DNA from: a virus
DNA: 64,000 nt
Virus record (IMG/VR): IMGVR_UViG_3300021961_000021
Strand: one strand, 5' to 3'
In this document: positions 1-10,237 of the stretch, one piece after another
Numbering within the stretch: position 1 is the stretch's first letter
Layout: every line of letters begins with the position of its first letter
Position numbers and translations under genes: made by a program
The notes under the pieces: generated by a model
Databases searched by the model: none
Told to the model about the DNA's origin: nothing
The model's input: the letters and a program-made list of their open reading frames with translations, nothing else

Positions 1-1562
1 TTCTCCCTGGCAGCAGCAGTGTGTCCAGGGTTCTTTACCCCAAGTTGCTTAGCAGCATCAGTTTTAGCGTCAGCACCCAACTGATACCTACCATCATAAT
101 GTCCCCCAGAACCACCAGCTTTATCATATACACCACCAGATTCAATTGCACCAACGGTTTCTCTAAAGGTTGCCCACTGATCAGCGGAGAATCCCATCGA
201 TTGAACCATTCTGTTGGCATCGGCAGAACCAACAGGTGCTTCTGCTGCCTGAGCAGGTGGTGCAAATGTATTTCCAAGTGCATCTAGACCAGCACCTGCA
301 GCATCTTTTGCACCTTTAACACTCGCTTTGACCCCCTTGATGAGATCTTCAGGTCCAGTACCAGTGATCCATTTAAGAATGTTGGTAACCGCCTTCAGCA
401 TCATAATCAGTGGTCCAAATACCACATTACCCATAAACTCAGCAACTTTTAGCAGTGCTGGCATATGTGGTTTAATCCAATCAACCATTTTATTGATCGC
501 TGGACCAAGTGCTTTGAAGAAGTCCCTGATGGCATCAGTTAATGGTTTCAGGAATGAATTAATAAACTGCCCAATCTTATTGAAGATCTTCCCAATTGCA
601 TTGAAGAAGTCTCCAACAATAGGACCAAAAAACTTACCTGCTTCTTTACCAAGAAATCCGCCAAGGGCATTGCCGATCATACCACCAATGGGACCAGCAA
701 CAGCGTTGCCAATAGCACCAAGGGCAGTGCCACCAATCGTAGCACCAGCACCAGCACCTATGGCAGCAGCCTGTCTCTTTTCCTGAGGAATTGACTCATC
801 CTTCATCACATCCTGATATGCCATCACCCCTTGGACAGCACTCTGGATTGCTCTACCAATTACATTACCACCTAGGAACTTGCCTAGGTTCATTACCCCA
901 CCACCAACAAGTCTTAAGACACTGCCAAATGCCTTTATGGTTCCCAGTGGATTTTTGAGGAAACCTAGTCCAAGAAGTGCTGCACCAGCAACACCTAGAA
1001 GTTTCGCTGCACCCTTAATTCGGGTTAACCAGTCGCTACCATCACCAAATGCCTGTTTCCAGGCACCACCTATAAAGTTTATTGTTTTGTTGAAAAACTC
1101 CCAAGCTCCCTTAAAGAACGCACCAATGCGTTCAAACATCACTTGTATTTTTTTGGTATTCTCGGGTTTGCTCAACCAGTCAAGGACACCATAAATCAAC
1201 AGAGTCTTCAAAAGTCTACTCAGATATTCTAAGAATGATGGAGCAACTGATTGTATGAGTCCACCAATCTTTTCACCAATATTGCTTTTCTGGGTCTCTA
1301 CTTGCTGTTCGGATTGCTGATCCTTTACAAACTGGCTCTGCCGTGCAACTTCTGCTGCTTGCGCCTGCTGTGCTTTCAGTTGATTCTGAAGCAAAACACC
1401 GATACTATTAACAGTTGCTCCCAGGGAATTAATTGCATTTAATGTCTGCGAGAAATCTGCACCAGCAACTTGCTTATCGCCAATGACAATCGTCGCACCA
1501 GTATTCTTAGGACCAGTAACAAACTTATAAAATCTTAGTTTGGGGCTAGTGATGGGTGCCAT
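1..1562 (-). CDS. Large tail/baseplate-hub (tape-measure-like) protein with C-terminal lysozyme-fold domain; runs off the window start
   Basis: Hand-translated, absent from the ORF track because there is no stop in the window: MAPITSPKLRFYK..., a Gly-rich amphipathic middle, and IESGGVYD...GRYQLG at 75-146, typical of lysozyme/transglycosylase folds. Frame spot-checked at three places. Confidence 0.7.
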   Translation of the reverse strand, partial: MAPITSPKLRFYKFVTGPKNTGATIVIGDKQVAGADFSQTLNAINSLGATVNSIGVLLQNQLKAQQAQAAEVARQSQFVKDQQSEQQVETQKSNIGEKIGGLIQSVAPSFLEYLSRLLKTLLIYGVLDWLSKPENTKKIQVMFERIGAFFKGAWEFFNKTINFIGGAWKQAFGDGSDWLTRIKGAAKLLGVAGAALLGLGFLKNPLGTIKAFGSVLRLVGGGVMNLGKFLGGNVIGRAIQSAVQGVMAYQDVMKDESIPQEKRQAAAIGAGAGATIGGTALGAIGNAVAGPIGGMIGNALGGFLGKEAGKFFGPIVGDFFNAIGKIFNKIGQFINSFLKPLTDAIRDFFKALGPAINKMVDWIKPHMPALLKVAEFMGNVVFGPLIMMLKAVTNILKWITGTGPEDLIKGVKASVKGAKDAAGAGLDALGNTFAPPAQAAEAPVGSADANRMVQSMGFSADQWATFRETVGAIESGGVYDKAGGSGGHYDGRYQLGADAKTDAAKQLGVKNPGHTAAARE

Positions 1563-1566
1563 TTAC

Positions 1567-4008
1567 TCAAACTCCTCTAATCCCTGTTGCTGCTACTGGG
1601 TCAATAACCTCTGTTCCACCACCTCTGGTATTCGATCTTCTAATAACTGGTTGCACCACAACAGGTGCTACCGCTGCTCCAGTAGGTGCAGGTCTTGTTC
1701 CTCTGGCTGTCTCTTTCAATTTTTCGGTGGTCTCTGCTGCAGTTCTTCCATTATTTATTTCAGGTGTAGCAGCAGGTGCTGGTTTCGTCTGAGGTTTTAC
1801 TATATTTCTATGTTGATTGGGTCTATTAAACAGAGTTGGATAAACCTTACGGGGATCTAGATACTTACTTTTTCCACTCTTATAGACCTCAAAGTGTAAG
1901 TGGGTAGCACCAGTGCCATATCCAACTCTGCCAAGGTCGAGCAATTTACCAATTCTCTGACCAGCATAAACTTTATCTCCAGGTTTTACACTTGGTAGCA
2001 TATGGAGATATCTTTGATCATAACCATCTTCACCCTTGATCATCATACCAGCAAGGTAGTTAACGCTGCTGTTAAATTTTTCCTTTAAAACTGTACCACC
2101 AATAGCAGCAACAACAGGAATCTGAGCATCTTTACCAAAAGGAGGAGTTTCCGTCAGGTCAAGACCAGCGTGACCACCATAGGATCTACTGTCACCGAAT
2201 TTCTGTCCAGCACCACCAGCATATCTACCTTTAGGCAGGGGGAAAATGACTGATCCAGCAGTAGTAGGACCAAGTTGACCTGCAGTTGCTTCCTCGTAAG
2301 ATTTTACAAGTGCCTTTGCAGATGCGAGTTCCTTTGTTTTGATACCAATATTTGTTTTTGCGTCAGTAACTCGCTTACTGATGTTTGATATATTTTGCTC
2401 TTCAATCTTAATCCTCTCACCAACTGTGTGGAAGGGATCTTGATGTGGTGGGAGCATAATACGGTGTTCTGGTCCCTTTTCTTTTTGGACCTTCTTAAGG
2501 TATGCCAGTTTATCCTTAGCATACTTAAGATCACTCTCATCCTTCACAAGTTCACTCTTCATATTAGCGAGTTGAGTTGCTTTTTCTCGTTCTTTCTTCT
2601 TCGCCTCTGTCAAACCAGCATTAATGCCAAGGGCAGTCTGAATACCAGCAGTGAGATCGGAACCAACATCTTGTGCCTTGTCCCCAATATTTCTCAGAAC
2701 ATCACCAAAATACTTCGTTGGATTGTTGACCATATCCATAAATCTGGCGGTCCAATCCTGCACCTTCTTAAATAGACTAGGAATGATTGGTGAGTTAAGG
2801 AACTCAAACATCTTCTGCAGAGCAGTATCTGCCAGAGGTTTGAGGAAGTCGCCAATTATGCCAAATACCTTTTGTATTTCCCGAAACAGTTCAATGAATG
2901 GTTCAACAACTGGTTTCAGGAATGCATTGAACAAAGGCAGTGCAAGTTCGGTGAAATATCTCTTCAGTGGTTCAATAATAGGAGTAATCGCATCTCCCAT
3001 AAAGGCACCAATCTTTTCACCAATAAATGATCCAACCAATTGCCCCACAATAGGACCAAAAGGACCAAGAATCGGTGTCAGCAGTGCTGACATTGCAAGA
3101 CCACCAAGAGTAGCACCAACGCCAGCACCTACAGCAACCTGAACTGAAGATCCAGATGCCATATGTCCTGCTGCTGCTCCAACTCCAGCAAGTGCAGATA
3201 AACCACCACCCTTAAGGAACCTACCAGCACCACGCATAGCAGATCCGCCAAATGCCTTGAGTTTTCGCATCTGACGAATCCGAGCAATGTTCTTTGCTCT
3301 CTGTCTTACAATATCCGCTCTCGTTTTTGCAACCGCAGATCCCTTCGCACCTTTCTTAATTGAACCACTGACAAAGTTACCTAATTTTTGAACATCACCA
3401 ATCAATTTCCACGGTTTCAGTATCCTATCTGCAAGCATCAATGCACCGATACCAGCAACCAATTTGAGTGCACCAATAACGGGATTCTTTTCCCCAAAGG
3501 CACTCATTATAAGATCAACCGCAGCAAAAGTAACCTTCGCTAGGGTTTTAAACCAAACCTCCACAACCCTGAAAAAAACCTTGATGGTTTGTGTGTTCTC
3601 AGGTTTACTTAACCAATCGAGTACGAACCAAGTTAGTGCAGTCTTTGCCAACCAAACAAATGGTTGCAACAGTCTGTCCAACCATCCCATCTTGGGTTTT
3701 TCAATCTTACTTTCGTCTATACCTTTCTCAACGTCCTTACCATCAGCACCCAGTTCAATATCTTTCTCTGCTTTCTTGTCTCGTTCCAACTGCGCTGCTT
3801 GCATTGCCTGAAAGTCAGGCATCACTTGAGTCGCTGTAATACTTGTTATCAGTTTACCAATATCTTCTACGATAAACCCCATCCTGTTGATGGCAGTTGT
3901 CATCGACTTTATAGGGTCAGCACCAATCCCTCCTGTCGATGCTTTATCTTGAATCGCCAGGAAGGATCTAATTTTTACCTGTTTAGGTGGTGCCTGTGTA
4001 TCTGCCAT
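1567..4008 (-). CDS. Tail/baseplate-hub-associated protein with C-terminal M23 (LytM) peptidase
   Basis: 813 aa. HAGLD, YLHM and HLHFEV zinc-peptidase motifs. Located next to g51/g26. Confidence 0.8.
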   Translation of the reverse strand: MADTQAPPKQVKIRSFLAIQDKASTGGIGADPIKSMTTAINRMGFIVEDIGKLITSITATQVMPDFQAMQAAQLERDKKAEKDIELGADGKDVEKGIDESKIEKPKMGWLDRLLQPFVWLAKTALTWFVLDWLSKPENTQTIKVFFRVVEVWFKTLAKVTFAAVDLIMSAFGEKNPVIGALKLVAGIGALMLADRILKPWKLIGDVQKLGNFVSGSIKKGAKGSAVAKTRADIVRQRAKNIARIRQMRKLKAFGGSAMRGAGRFLKGGGLSALAGVGAAAGHMASGSSVQVAVGAGVGATLGGLAMSALLTPILGPFGPIVGQLVGSFIGEKIGAFMGDAITPIIEPLKRYFTELALPLFNAFLKPVVEPFIELFREIQKVFGIIGDFLKPLADTALQKMFEFLNSPIIPSLFKKVQDWTARFMDMVNNPTKYFGDVLRNIGDKAQDVGSDLTAGIQTALGINAGLTEAKKKEREKATQLANMKSELVKDESDLKYAKDKLAYLKKVQKEKGPEHRIMLPPHQDPFHTVGERIKIEEQNISNISKRVTDAKTNIGIKTKELASAKALVKSYEEATAGQLGPTTAGSVIFPLPKGRYAGGAGQKFGDSRSYGGHAGLDLTETPPFGKDAQIPVVAAIGGTVLKEKFNSSVNYLAGMMIKGEDGYDQRYLHMLPSVKPGDKVYAGQRIGKLLDLGRVGYGTGATHLHFEVYKSGKSKYLDPRKVYPTLFNRPNQHRNIVKPQTKPAPAATPEINNGRTAAETTEKLKETARGTRPAPTGAAVAPVVVQPVIRRSNTRGGGTEVIDPVAATGIRGV

Positions 4009-4175
4009 TAAAGTGACGACCTTTGTTGTTGCTTTTGTCGAGCTTCTTCTTCTCTAAGATATCGAATCAGCATATTCACATACACATCCCTTTCCCACGG
4101 CATCATATTTTCTAGTTCTGTGAGACTGTACTTGTGATACTGCATCATTGCAAAGTTCACTTCATAGATATTCAT
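4008..4175 (-). CDS. g51: Baseplate hub assembly catalyst gp51
   Basis: Hand-translated 55 aa: MNIYEVNFAMMQYHKYSLTELENMMPWERDVYVNMLIRYLREEE..., the characteristic cyanophage gp51 signature, next to g26. Confidence 0.85.
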   Translation of the reverse strand: MNIYEVNFAMMQYHKYSLTELENMMPWERDVYVNMLIRYLREEEARQKQQQRSSL

Positions 4176-4195
4176 CAACGAATTGTGGGCAAGGG

Positions 4196-4900
4196 CTATG
4201 CGAAAAAAGCAGCCATACCCTCAAGGACAACCTCACTCTTCACTTCAGTCTTGGGATTGTATACCTCAATAGTGTGGGAAAGTTTAGGCATAGTCTCAAA
4301 GAACTGCTGAACCTTTCTGAACTGTCCAGAGTTCATACCTTCAAAGAATTCAAGGAGTTCCGACTTCTTGTAGTTCTTTGCTTCTTCAATGTCTTCACCT
4401 GTTGCAATAGATTCAATACAATCTGCAGCAAGAGTAAAGATGTCGTCCAGTCCAGGATTATCGGAAAGGTTGTTCTTCACAAATGTATCGATTGAAGGAT
4501 ATTTCATAGTCAGAGTCACATCATCGGTAATTCTAATTACCTTAGAATGATTATCTGGCACCGAGATTTGAACTTCTTCAAGGTTAAGTTCAACATCAAT
4601 TGCAGTCTCATTATCATCTGGTGCAGTGATTCTAAACTCACTGATCTCACCCACGGACTTTGCACGAATACGAAGGAAGAGATACTCGATTTCAAAGGTT
4701 GCCAGTGTGTCAACTTTCTTGACACTGGTGCAATTTTTGATGATCTCTTTAACCGCTTTGATCATCTCCTTCTGATCGCCAGATTCCATTGCAATATAAA
4801 GCAACTTCTCTTCACGAACCAGGAAGGGTCTATATTTTACGATCTGTCCGCTGGGAAGGTTGCACTCATATTCTGGCACAACCAGTGTAGGCAATGGCAT
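4196..4900 (-). CDS. g26: Baseplate hub subunit gp26
   Basis: MPLP...YRPFLVREEKLL N-terminus typical of T4-like gp26. Confidence 0.9.
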   Translation of the reverse strand: MPLPTLVVPEYECNLPSGQIVKYRPFLVREEKLLYIAMESGDQKEMIKAVKEIIKNCTSVKKVDTLATFEIEYLFLRIRAKSVGEISEFRITAPDDNETAIDVELNLEEVQISVPDNHSKVIRITDDVTLTMKYPSIDTFVKNNLSDNPGLDDIFTLAADCIESIATGEDIEEAKNYKKSELLEFFEGMNSGQFRKVQQFFETMPKLSHTIEVYNPKTEVKSEVVLEGMAAFFA

Positions 4901-4926
4901 AGTTTAAAAAACCAATTCAGTGTAAG

Positions 4927-4932
4927 TATTTA
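4927..4932 (-). promoter_or_regulatory. T4-type late promoter (TAAATA) upstream of g26
   Basis: TAAATA 27 nt upstream of the g26 start. The same motif lies before other genes on the minus strand at 10301, 15528, 20983, 27386, 31294, 38758, 41638, 42810, 44870, 53875 and 57071, and on the plus strand at 6590 and 53935. Confidence 0.75.
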
Positions 4933-4940
4933 GACACCAA

Positions 4941-5774
4941 TCAGATACCATCCCACCTTGCCAGTGGTCCAACGTTTCTTCCGACGTATGGTAATCCAGC
5001 TTCAACCATACGACTTACACCACTAGCAGCATCAATAACTGCTGCAGATCCAGCTCTGCCATCATTAGAACTTGGAGACGATGCAACTGGTCCAGGACTT
5101 GCCGATTGTGTTACCCTTGGTGCTCCACCAGAAGTAAGTTCCGTTACAACTTCATTAGTCCAATCACCATTGTACTTAACGGTGGTTCCCATACGAATTC
5201 TTTCAATGTAGAACTGAACATCCAGTTTCATCAGTTGAGTCTGATCATTACTGAATGTCAAGGTACTAACATTATATGGGAAGCAACCCACTGCTCTCCA
5301 TTGAGCAGTAATTTTATTCAGTCTAACCTTTCCTTCTCTAGTTTTTACTACAGTGTTACCGCCAGGTTCCCACTTGGTAATGATAATATCTGAGACGTAG
5401 TTATCGTAAAACTGTGTTCTATTCTCACTATCTCTAGATACCCCATTGATCCAACGATCAAACAAGTATCTATGGAACATATTCTTTGTTACGATGAACT
5501 GAATGTTCAGATCTTGTGGTGTCTGCTGTGTACCATATCTCCTCATCGTACCAAAGTTAGTAACCTCACCAGTCATCAGGTTTCGTGATGGGATGGTTAC
5601 CTGATCAGCAAAATAATCAATTGCTTCATAGTATTGTTGGTATCCACCAAAATCCATCATTGAATCGCGCAAAAATGGCGGCAACTCAATGGTGACAGTG
5701 AACATATTAGAACGTGCTGGTTCTAATGCTCCTGTCGCTACAAGTTCTTTAAATCTGGTGAATGAAACTGACAT
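4941..5774 (-). CDS. Tail tube-like baseplate protein (gp54/gp19 family)
   Basis: ARSNMFTV, V.IPSRNL.T and FP.N.S.L...D motifs of tail-tube-fold proteins. Synteny with g26/g2. Confidence 0.65.
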   Translation of the reverse strand: MSVSFTRFKELVATGALEPARSNMFTVTIELPPFLRDSMMDFGGYQQYYEAIDYFADQVTIPSRNLMTGEVTNFGTMRRYGTQQTPQDLNIQFIVTKNMFHRYLFDRWINGVSRDSENRTQFYDNYVSDIIITKWEPGGNTVVKTREGKVRLNKITAQWRAVGCFPYNVSTLTFSNDQTQLMKLDVQFYIERIRMGTTVKYNGDWTNEVVTELTSGGAPRVTQSASPGPVASSPSSNDGRAGSAAVIDAASGVSRMVEAGLPYVGRNVGPLARWDGI

Positions 5775-6229
5775 CAGTAAACGATTCTCGATGGTACTTC
5801 TATGTGTCTACCATTTACAGTCGTCACAAATTGCTCACAGGGTATTAAACCTACATCATTCCACTCAGAATTTGGGACTACAAATGTTGGAGATAATATA
5901 TTTGATCGTAAATATTTATGGAGAGTTTGAGGAGGAACGTTAATGTTCCCACCGAACAACTGTTCGCCTAGTGCAGCACGGGATCCAGGTTCCAGATAAT
6001 GTAAATTGGAACCCCAAAAATGAGTCCCATCCTCACCTAAGATATAGACCAGAGGATACTTGTCCCAATACTGCATCTTCTCACCAAAGGATGCCTTGTA
6101 TCTAAAGAACACCATCGTTCCAATCTGAGGTACACCTGCTTCCAAGGCATAGGTTAACTGACTACGCCACCAACTTTTCTTCTGGGACCTAGTACCCGCA
6201 AGAGATTTTATGTCTTCAAACAAACTCAT
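5774..6229 (-). CDS. g2: DNA end protector protein gp2
   Basis: YWDKYPLV...GSNLHYL motif. Adjacent to g4. Confidence 0.8.
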   Translation of the reverse strand: MSLFEDIKSLAGTRSQKKSWWRSQLTYALEAGVPQIGTMVFFRYKASFGEKMQYWDKYPLVYILGEDGTHFWGSNLHYLEPGSRAALGEQLFGGNINVPPQTLHKYLRSNILSPTFVVPNSEWNDVGLIPCEQFVTTVNGRHIEVPSRIVY

Positions 6230-6669
6230 ACCTTGAGTTCCTTCTCTGTAAGAACGATGAACTTCATTCTTCTGTCATCACAATATTCCTTTGCAGACTT
6301 CCACTTCGCTTGATTTACCGCATAGGTAGAGACTTCTGTGAGATAACGTTTAGTAATCTTTTTCTGTCTTTTGGGTTCTGCACATTGCTTACTTGGTTTA
6401 ACCTCAACAATATACTTCGCGTTCCCCCCTTCGCGGGTTCTAACCCTAACATAAAAATCAGGGAAATACCGATGAATTTTATTATCGACTGGACTGATAT
6501 AAGGGATGACAATTTCTTCACTACCCCACTCCAAAACATTTTGATTTAGATCACACCACACCATAAATTTTCTTTCCCACAAACTACGATAAATAATGTT
6601 TGTAGGATCCCCTTTGTATTTACCTGGGTTGCTGGGTTTGAATCGTCCCGAATAACTTTTCTGTGTCAT
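6226..6669 (-). CDS. g4: Head completion nuclease gp4
   Basis: YRSLWERKFM.WCD...WGSEE...YFPDF...VEVKP, TnsA-like gp4 signature. Confidence 0.92.
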   Translation of the reverse strand: MTQKSYSGRFKPSNPGKYKGDPTNIIYRSLWERKFMVWCDLNQNVLEWGSEEIVIPYISPVDNKIHRYFPDFYVRVRTREGGNAKYIVEVKPSKQCAEPKRQKKITKRYLTEVSTYAVNQAKWKSAKEYCDDRRMKFIVLTEKELKV

Positions 6670-7734
6670 ATGGCAACTCTAGTTTTCCCAAGATCATTAC
6701 CAATCGCTGTTCCTGGTGGTTCAGGTAATAGTGAATCCATATCAAGTTCCGATACATATCAAACAACAGTTGTAGATTACCTACAATTAAAAATATACGA
6801 TAGCTCTCAAGGCAATCAGTATACAAATCTTGGATCCAGCGGTACTGGATCCCTGTTACAAACTATTTATTTATATCTTCCTCAAGGATTGAAGGAAGAG
6901 TATGGTGCTGAGTATGCACGAGCAACTCTTGGTGCTGCTGGATTAGGTGCAGTCCAAGGATTCAATCAGGTATCTAGTGGAGCCAATATCAATAGATTAG
7001 TGTCCACCTTACAGCAAACCGCTGGTGCCGCAAAACCAGAATTTATTATGAATGCTGTTGGAGCTGCTATCGGTACTGTAAACAGTGCTCTTGGTATTGC
7101 AGCAGATAACTTAGATGCCAACACAATCGCTGCCCTAACAACCAATAAGATCTTCAACCCATATACAGAGACAACATTTAGAGGAGCAGCATTTAGATCA
7201 CACCAATTTAATTTCAAGTGTGCTCCAAGAAATGTCAAAGAATCAAACGAACTTTTTAATATCATTAATGCACTAAGAACTGCAATGCTTCCAGGAACAG
7301 CTGGTGACAAAGATCCTAGCGTTGCTGGAATTGGTTCCGATGCATCATTTAAAGTAACACTTGGAGAATCCACAGAACCGCCAATTGATACTTCAGCATT
7401 TGGTGGTGGTTACATAACGTCAGATAGATGGTTATCTGTTCCAAGTTATTTCCGAGCATCTATTGTCCGTGTAGAGGGTAAGGTAAACGAGACTGGTGAC
7501 ATCGAATTAACTACTGCTCAACCACAGGGGTTGAGAAGAATTATGCAGTTCCCTGTGAATATGGTTCTTACGAATATGTCTATCGATCTCACACCAGATG
7601 GTCCATATAACTCACTGAAAGATGCTCAAGATAGTGTCAAGGATTATGGTCCAGCATCTATGAATATCAGTCTTTCATTTGATGAAACGGCATTCCTCAC
7701 AAAAAATCTTGTTAATGGTGGAGTACAAAACTGA
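6670..7734 (+). CDS. g48: Baseplate tail tube cap gp48
   Basis: LYLP, NP..E..F.G..FRSHQFNFK..P motifs. Followed by g53. Confidence 0.8.
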   Translation: MATLVFPRSLPIAVPGGSGNSESISSSDTYQTTVVDYLQLKIYDSSQGNQYTNLGSSGTGSLLQTIYLYLPQGLKEEYGAEYARATLGAAGLGAVQGFNQVSSGANINRLVSTLQQTAGAAKPEFIMNAVGAAIGTVNSALGIAADNLDANTIAALTTNKIFNPYTETTFRGAAFRSHQFNFKCAPRNVKESNELFNIINALRTAMLPGTAGDKDPSVAGIGSDASFKVTLGESTEPPIDTSAFGGGYITSDRWLSVPSYFRASIVRVEGKVNETGDIELTTAQPQGLRRIMQFPVNMVLTNMSIDLTPDGPYNSLKDAQDSVKDYGPASMNISLSFDETAFLTKNLVNGGVQN

Positions 7735-8474
7735 TGGCATATTTTAAATACTTACCTAAGGTTTACATCAGAAGCAAGACTAGAGTTGATGGCAATCAAC
7801 CATACCAACTTGCAGTAAATATCTTTAGAAGAATCAAGATTCGTGACGATCTTCAGGGTGCTTTGCTCGGTTTCACGCAGTATGAAATTGGAGAAGGTGA
7901 GAGACCAGATCAAGTTGCGTATCGAATTTATGGTGACTCCGATCTTGATTGGGTAGTCCTTATCATCAACAACATTATCAATGTATACAATGATTGGCCA
8001 TTAAATCGTGAAGATCTCCACCAGTATGTCTACGATAAGTATGAATCGGTTGAAGGTATACATCATTATGAAACTCTAGAATATAAAGATCCCTCAACTG
8101 GTTTAATTCTTCTCCCCAGTGGTCTTGTTGTTGACGAATCATTCCAATACACCAAACCAGATGGATCAATTGTTCCAAAGAATCTATCAAGATTTCCGAT
8201 CTCATATTTTGATTATGAGTATGAACTCAATGAGGCAAAGAGAAACATATACCTGCTAAGGAATGTTTATCTTCAAGATTTCATCTCAGAATTCAAAACT
8301 ATGGCAGAGTATCTTCCGAATGCAGAACTCGATGAGAATGGATACAAAAAAACTCCTGGCACACTTGCCGAGGAGTTTATCGGTCTGCCTCGTTACATCA
8401 AACCGAGACAATCTACTGCTTCTACTGGTTCTGCTTCTGGTTCAGGTTCATCTAATGCATTGATTAGTAGTTGA
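7734..8474 (+). CDS. g53: Baseplate wedge subunit gp53
   Basis: MAYFKYLP...GERPDQVAYRIYGDSDLDWVVL..NNI LysM-like gp53 signature. Confidence 0.92.
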   Translation: MAYFKYLPKVYIRSKTRVDGNQPYQLAVNIFRRIKIRDDLQGALLGFTQYEIGEGERPDQVAYRIYGDSDLDWVVLIINNIINVYNDWPLNREDLHQYVYDKYESVEGIHHYETLEYKDPSTGLILLPSGLVVDESFQYTKPDGSIVPKNLSRFPISYFDYEYELNEAKRNIYLLRNVYLQDFISEFKTMAEYLPNAELDENGYKKTPGTLAEEFIGLPRYIKPRQSTASTGSASGSGSSNALISS

Positions 8475-8682
8475 GAATATGATCCAGGATGGTGTGATGA
8501 TGGTGGTGATGGTGATGGTGTCTCCGTCGAGGAACTGGTGTGTACCAGCAATTCCATCCAAACTGAGCATCGTGCACACAATGTGATGGTGTAATCTCCC
8601 TGCGCTCAGCATCTACAGGATACTGATGTGCTGATGCAGCAGGGGGTATTAAAAGTAGTAGTAGCAGCAGAGAAAGTTTCAT
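8464..8682 (-). CDS. Small secreted His-rich peptide
   Basis: 72 aa. Signal peptide ending ASA, two Cys, and RRR followed by nine His. ATGA overlap with the upstream gene. Confidence 0.6.
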   Translation of the reverse strand: MKLSLLLLLLLIPPAASAHQYPVDAERREITPSHCVHDAQFGWNCWYTPVPRRRHHHHHHHHHTILDHILNY

Positions 8683-9290
8683 AGCGTTACTTCATTTCCG
8701 TGTCTCGTACCAATTGTACCACGGATGAACACGTCAAAGGCAATACAGTAGCGACAGTTTTCAGACTGGTTCTGATCTGCCTTGTGCATCAGTTGAGATG
8801 GGAAGACGAATAGACTTCCAGGTTCAGGTTGAAACCTGTGATGCTTTGCAGTGGCATTGACAAATCCCAGAGTATCTGGCTCAAGGATTGGGAGGAAACA
8901 GTTTGGATATGTCCCCGTCTTATCAAAGATCAAATCGCCACTGGTGGGATTGCATTCTATGTAATAAACTCCACTCCAAATAGAATTGGTATGTGTGTGG
9001 AAGTCAGAATAGTCTCCAGGGAAATGAAGAACAATCCAAGAACGTACAATCTCAATCTCAACGTGAGGTGATACGAGAAGGATGTTGTGTGCGTAACTTT
9101 TTACGTTGGAAAGGATGTGTTCTTTAAGGGCAGGATTCTTTTCAAGGATCTGTTTATCTTCAGAAATGCTTTTGGTGTTACCCCAAGCACCCATCCTTTC
9201 GTAATACTGGTTCTCTACAAACTGAAGGGTGCCCTCAGGCACCCCAATATTTTCCTCCCAGACAGGTACAGGGAAGAGTTCGTGAAGCAT
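8679..9290 (-). CDS. 2OG-Fe(II) oxygenase (TIGR02466-like)
   Basis: LFPVPVW, HTH...SGVYY, FPSQLMH and IAFD motifs. Confidence 0.85.
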   Translation of the reverse strand: MLHELFPVPVWEENIGVPEGTLQFVENQYYERMGAWGNTKSISEDKQILEKNPALKEHILSNVKSYAHNILLVSPHVEIEIVRSWIVLHFPGDYSDFHTHTNSIWSGVYYIECNPTSGDLIFDKTGTYPNCFLPILEPDTLGFVNATAKHHRFQPEPGSLFVFPSQLMHKADQNQSENCRYCIAFDVFIRGTIGTRHGNEVTL

Positions 9291-10237
9291 CAGTCCTCTT
9301 CAGCGAGACGAGCAAAGTAACTCAGTGCATCTTCCTCATCAGATGATGCAGTTGCTGCAGTTTTTGCAACTGAGAAACTGTCAACGTCGGATGCCCAGGA
9401 ACGTTCTTCTGATTGTTCAGAAGTTGTACCAGAGTAATCTCCGAATCCAGATTCTTCGTCTTCGTAGGTCTCTCGATCAACGGTGGGACGAACGCTCTTA
9501 CCCAGTACAGTCTGAAGACGTACATCAAGTTCTTCGTAACTCTTGAAGTTTGAGTCATCGGTGAACTCCGAAAGAGAATAGATCTTGTCGTAGATCTCTT
9601 CCAGACGATCGTCATCGTAACCACCAAGAACACCAGGAGTGCTAAAGGAGGAATCGTCGTAGTTCCAGTAACCAGCGACCTGTTTGATCTTCAGTTTGAA
9701 GTCTGCACCACCCCAAAGATCGAAAGGATTGATCGCAGGTTGCGGATCATAGTCGTTCTCGTCGGGTTTCATCCTTGCAGTAACCTTGTCAAAGATGCGC
9801 TTGCCGAACTTGTAGAGAAAGACTTGCCCTTCGTTTTCGGGATTCAAAGGATCCTTGATAACATAAATGTTAGCGTAGTAGGACAGTTTGCGTTTCTGTT
9901 TTCGGGCAACATCCTTATCCGATTCACGACCCGAACTCCAGAGAGTAGAATTATGTGCACACACAGGGCATTTCTCGCCCTTAGTGGTGGGGCAGTTTTC
10001 GATCAACCAACCGCCAGGACCTTGGAATGCGTGACTCCATACCTGTGCCCAAGGAAGTTCGCCTTCAGTCGTCTGAGGGAGAAAGCGAATGATCGCAAAA
10101 CCATTACCAGATTTGTCAACTCCAGGTTTCCACAGGCGATCATCCGCCTGCTTACCACTACCATTAAGTTTCTCAATCTCTTTAGTCAGAGAGGAGAAAG
10201 AAGAACCAGAAGTTTTCTTCAGTGAAGCAAATGACAT
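9290..10237 (-). CDS. g32: Single-stranded DNA-binding protein gp32
   Basis: DKSGNGFAIIRFLP, IENCPTT...CPVC and acidic tail ending YFARLAEED. Confidence 0.97.
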   Translation of the reverse strand: MSFASLKKTSGSSFSSLTKEIEKLNGSGKQADDRLWKPGVDKSGNGFAIIRFLPQTTEGELPWAQVWSHAFQGPGGWLIENCPTTKGEKCPVCAHNSTLWSSGRESDKDVARKQKRKLSYYANIYVIKDPLNPENEGQVFLYKFGKRIFDKVTARMKPDENDYDPQPAINPFDLWGGADFKLKIKQVAGYWNYDDSSFSTPGVLGGYDDDRLEEIYDKIYSLSEFTDDSNFKSYEELDVRLQTVLGKSVRPTVDRETYEDEESGFGDYSGTTSEQSEERSWASDVDSFSVAKTAATASSDEEDALSYFARLAEED

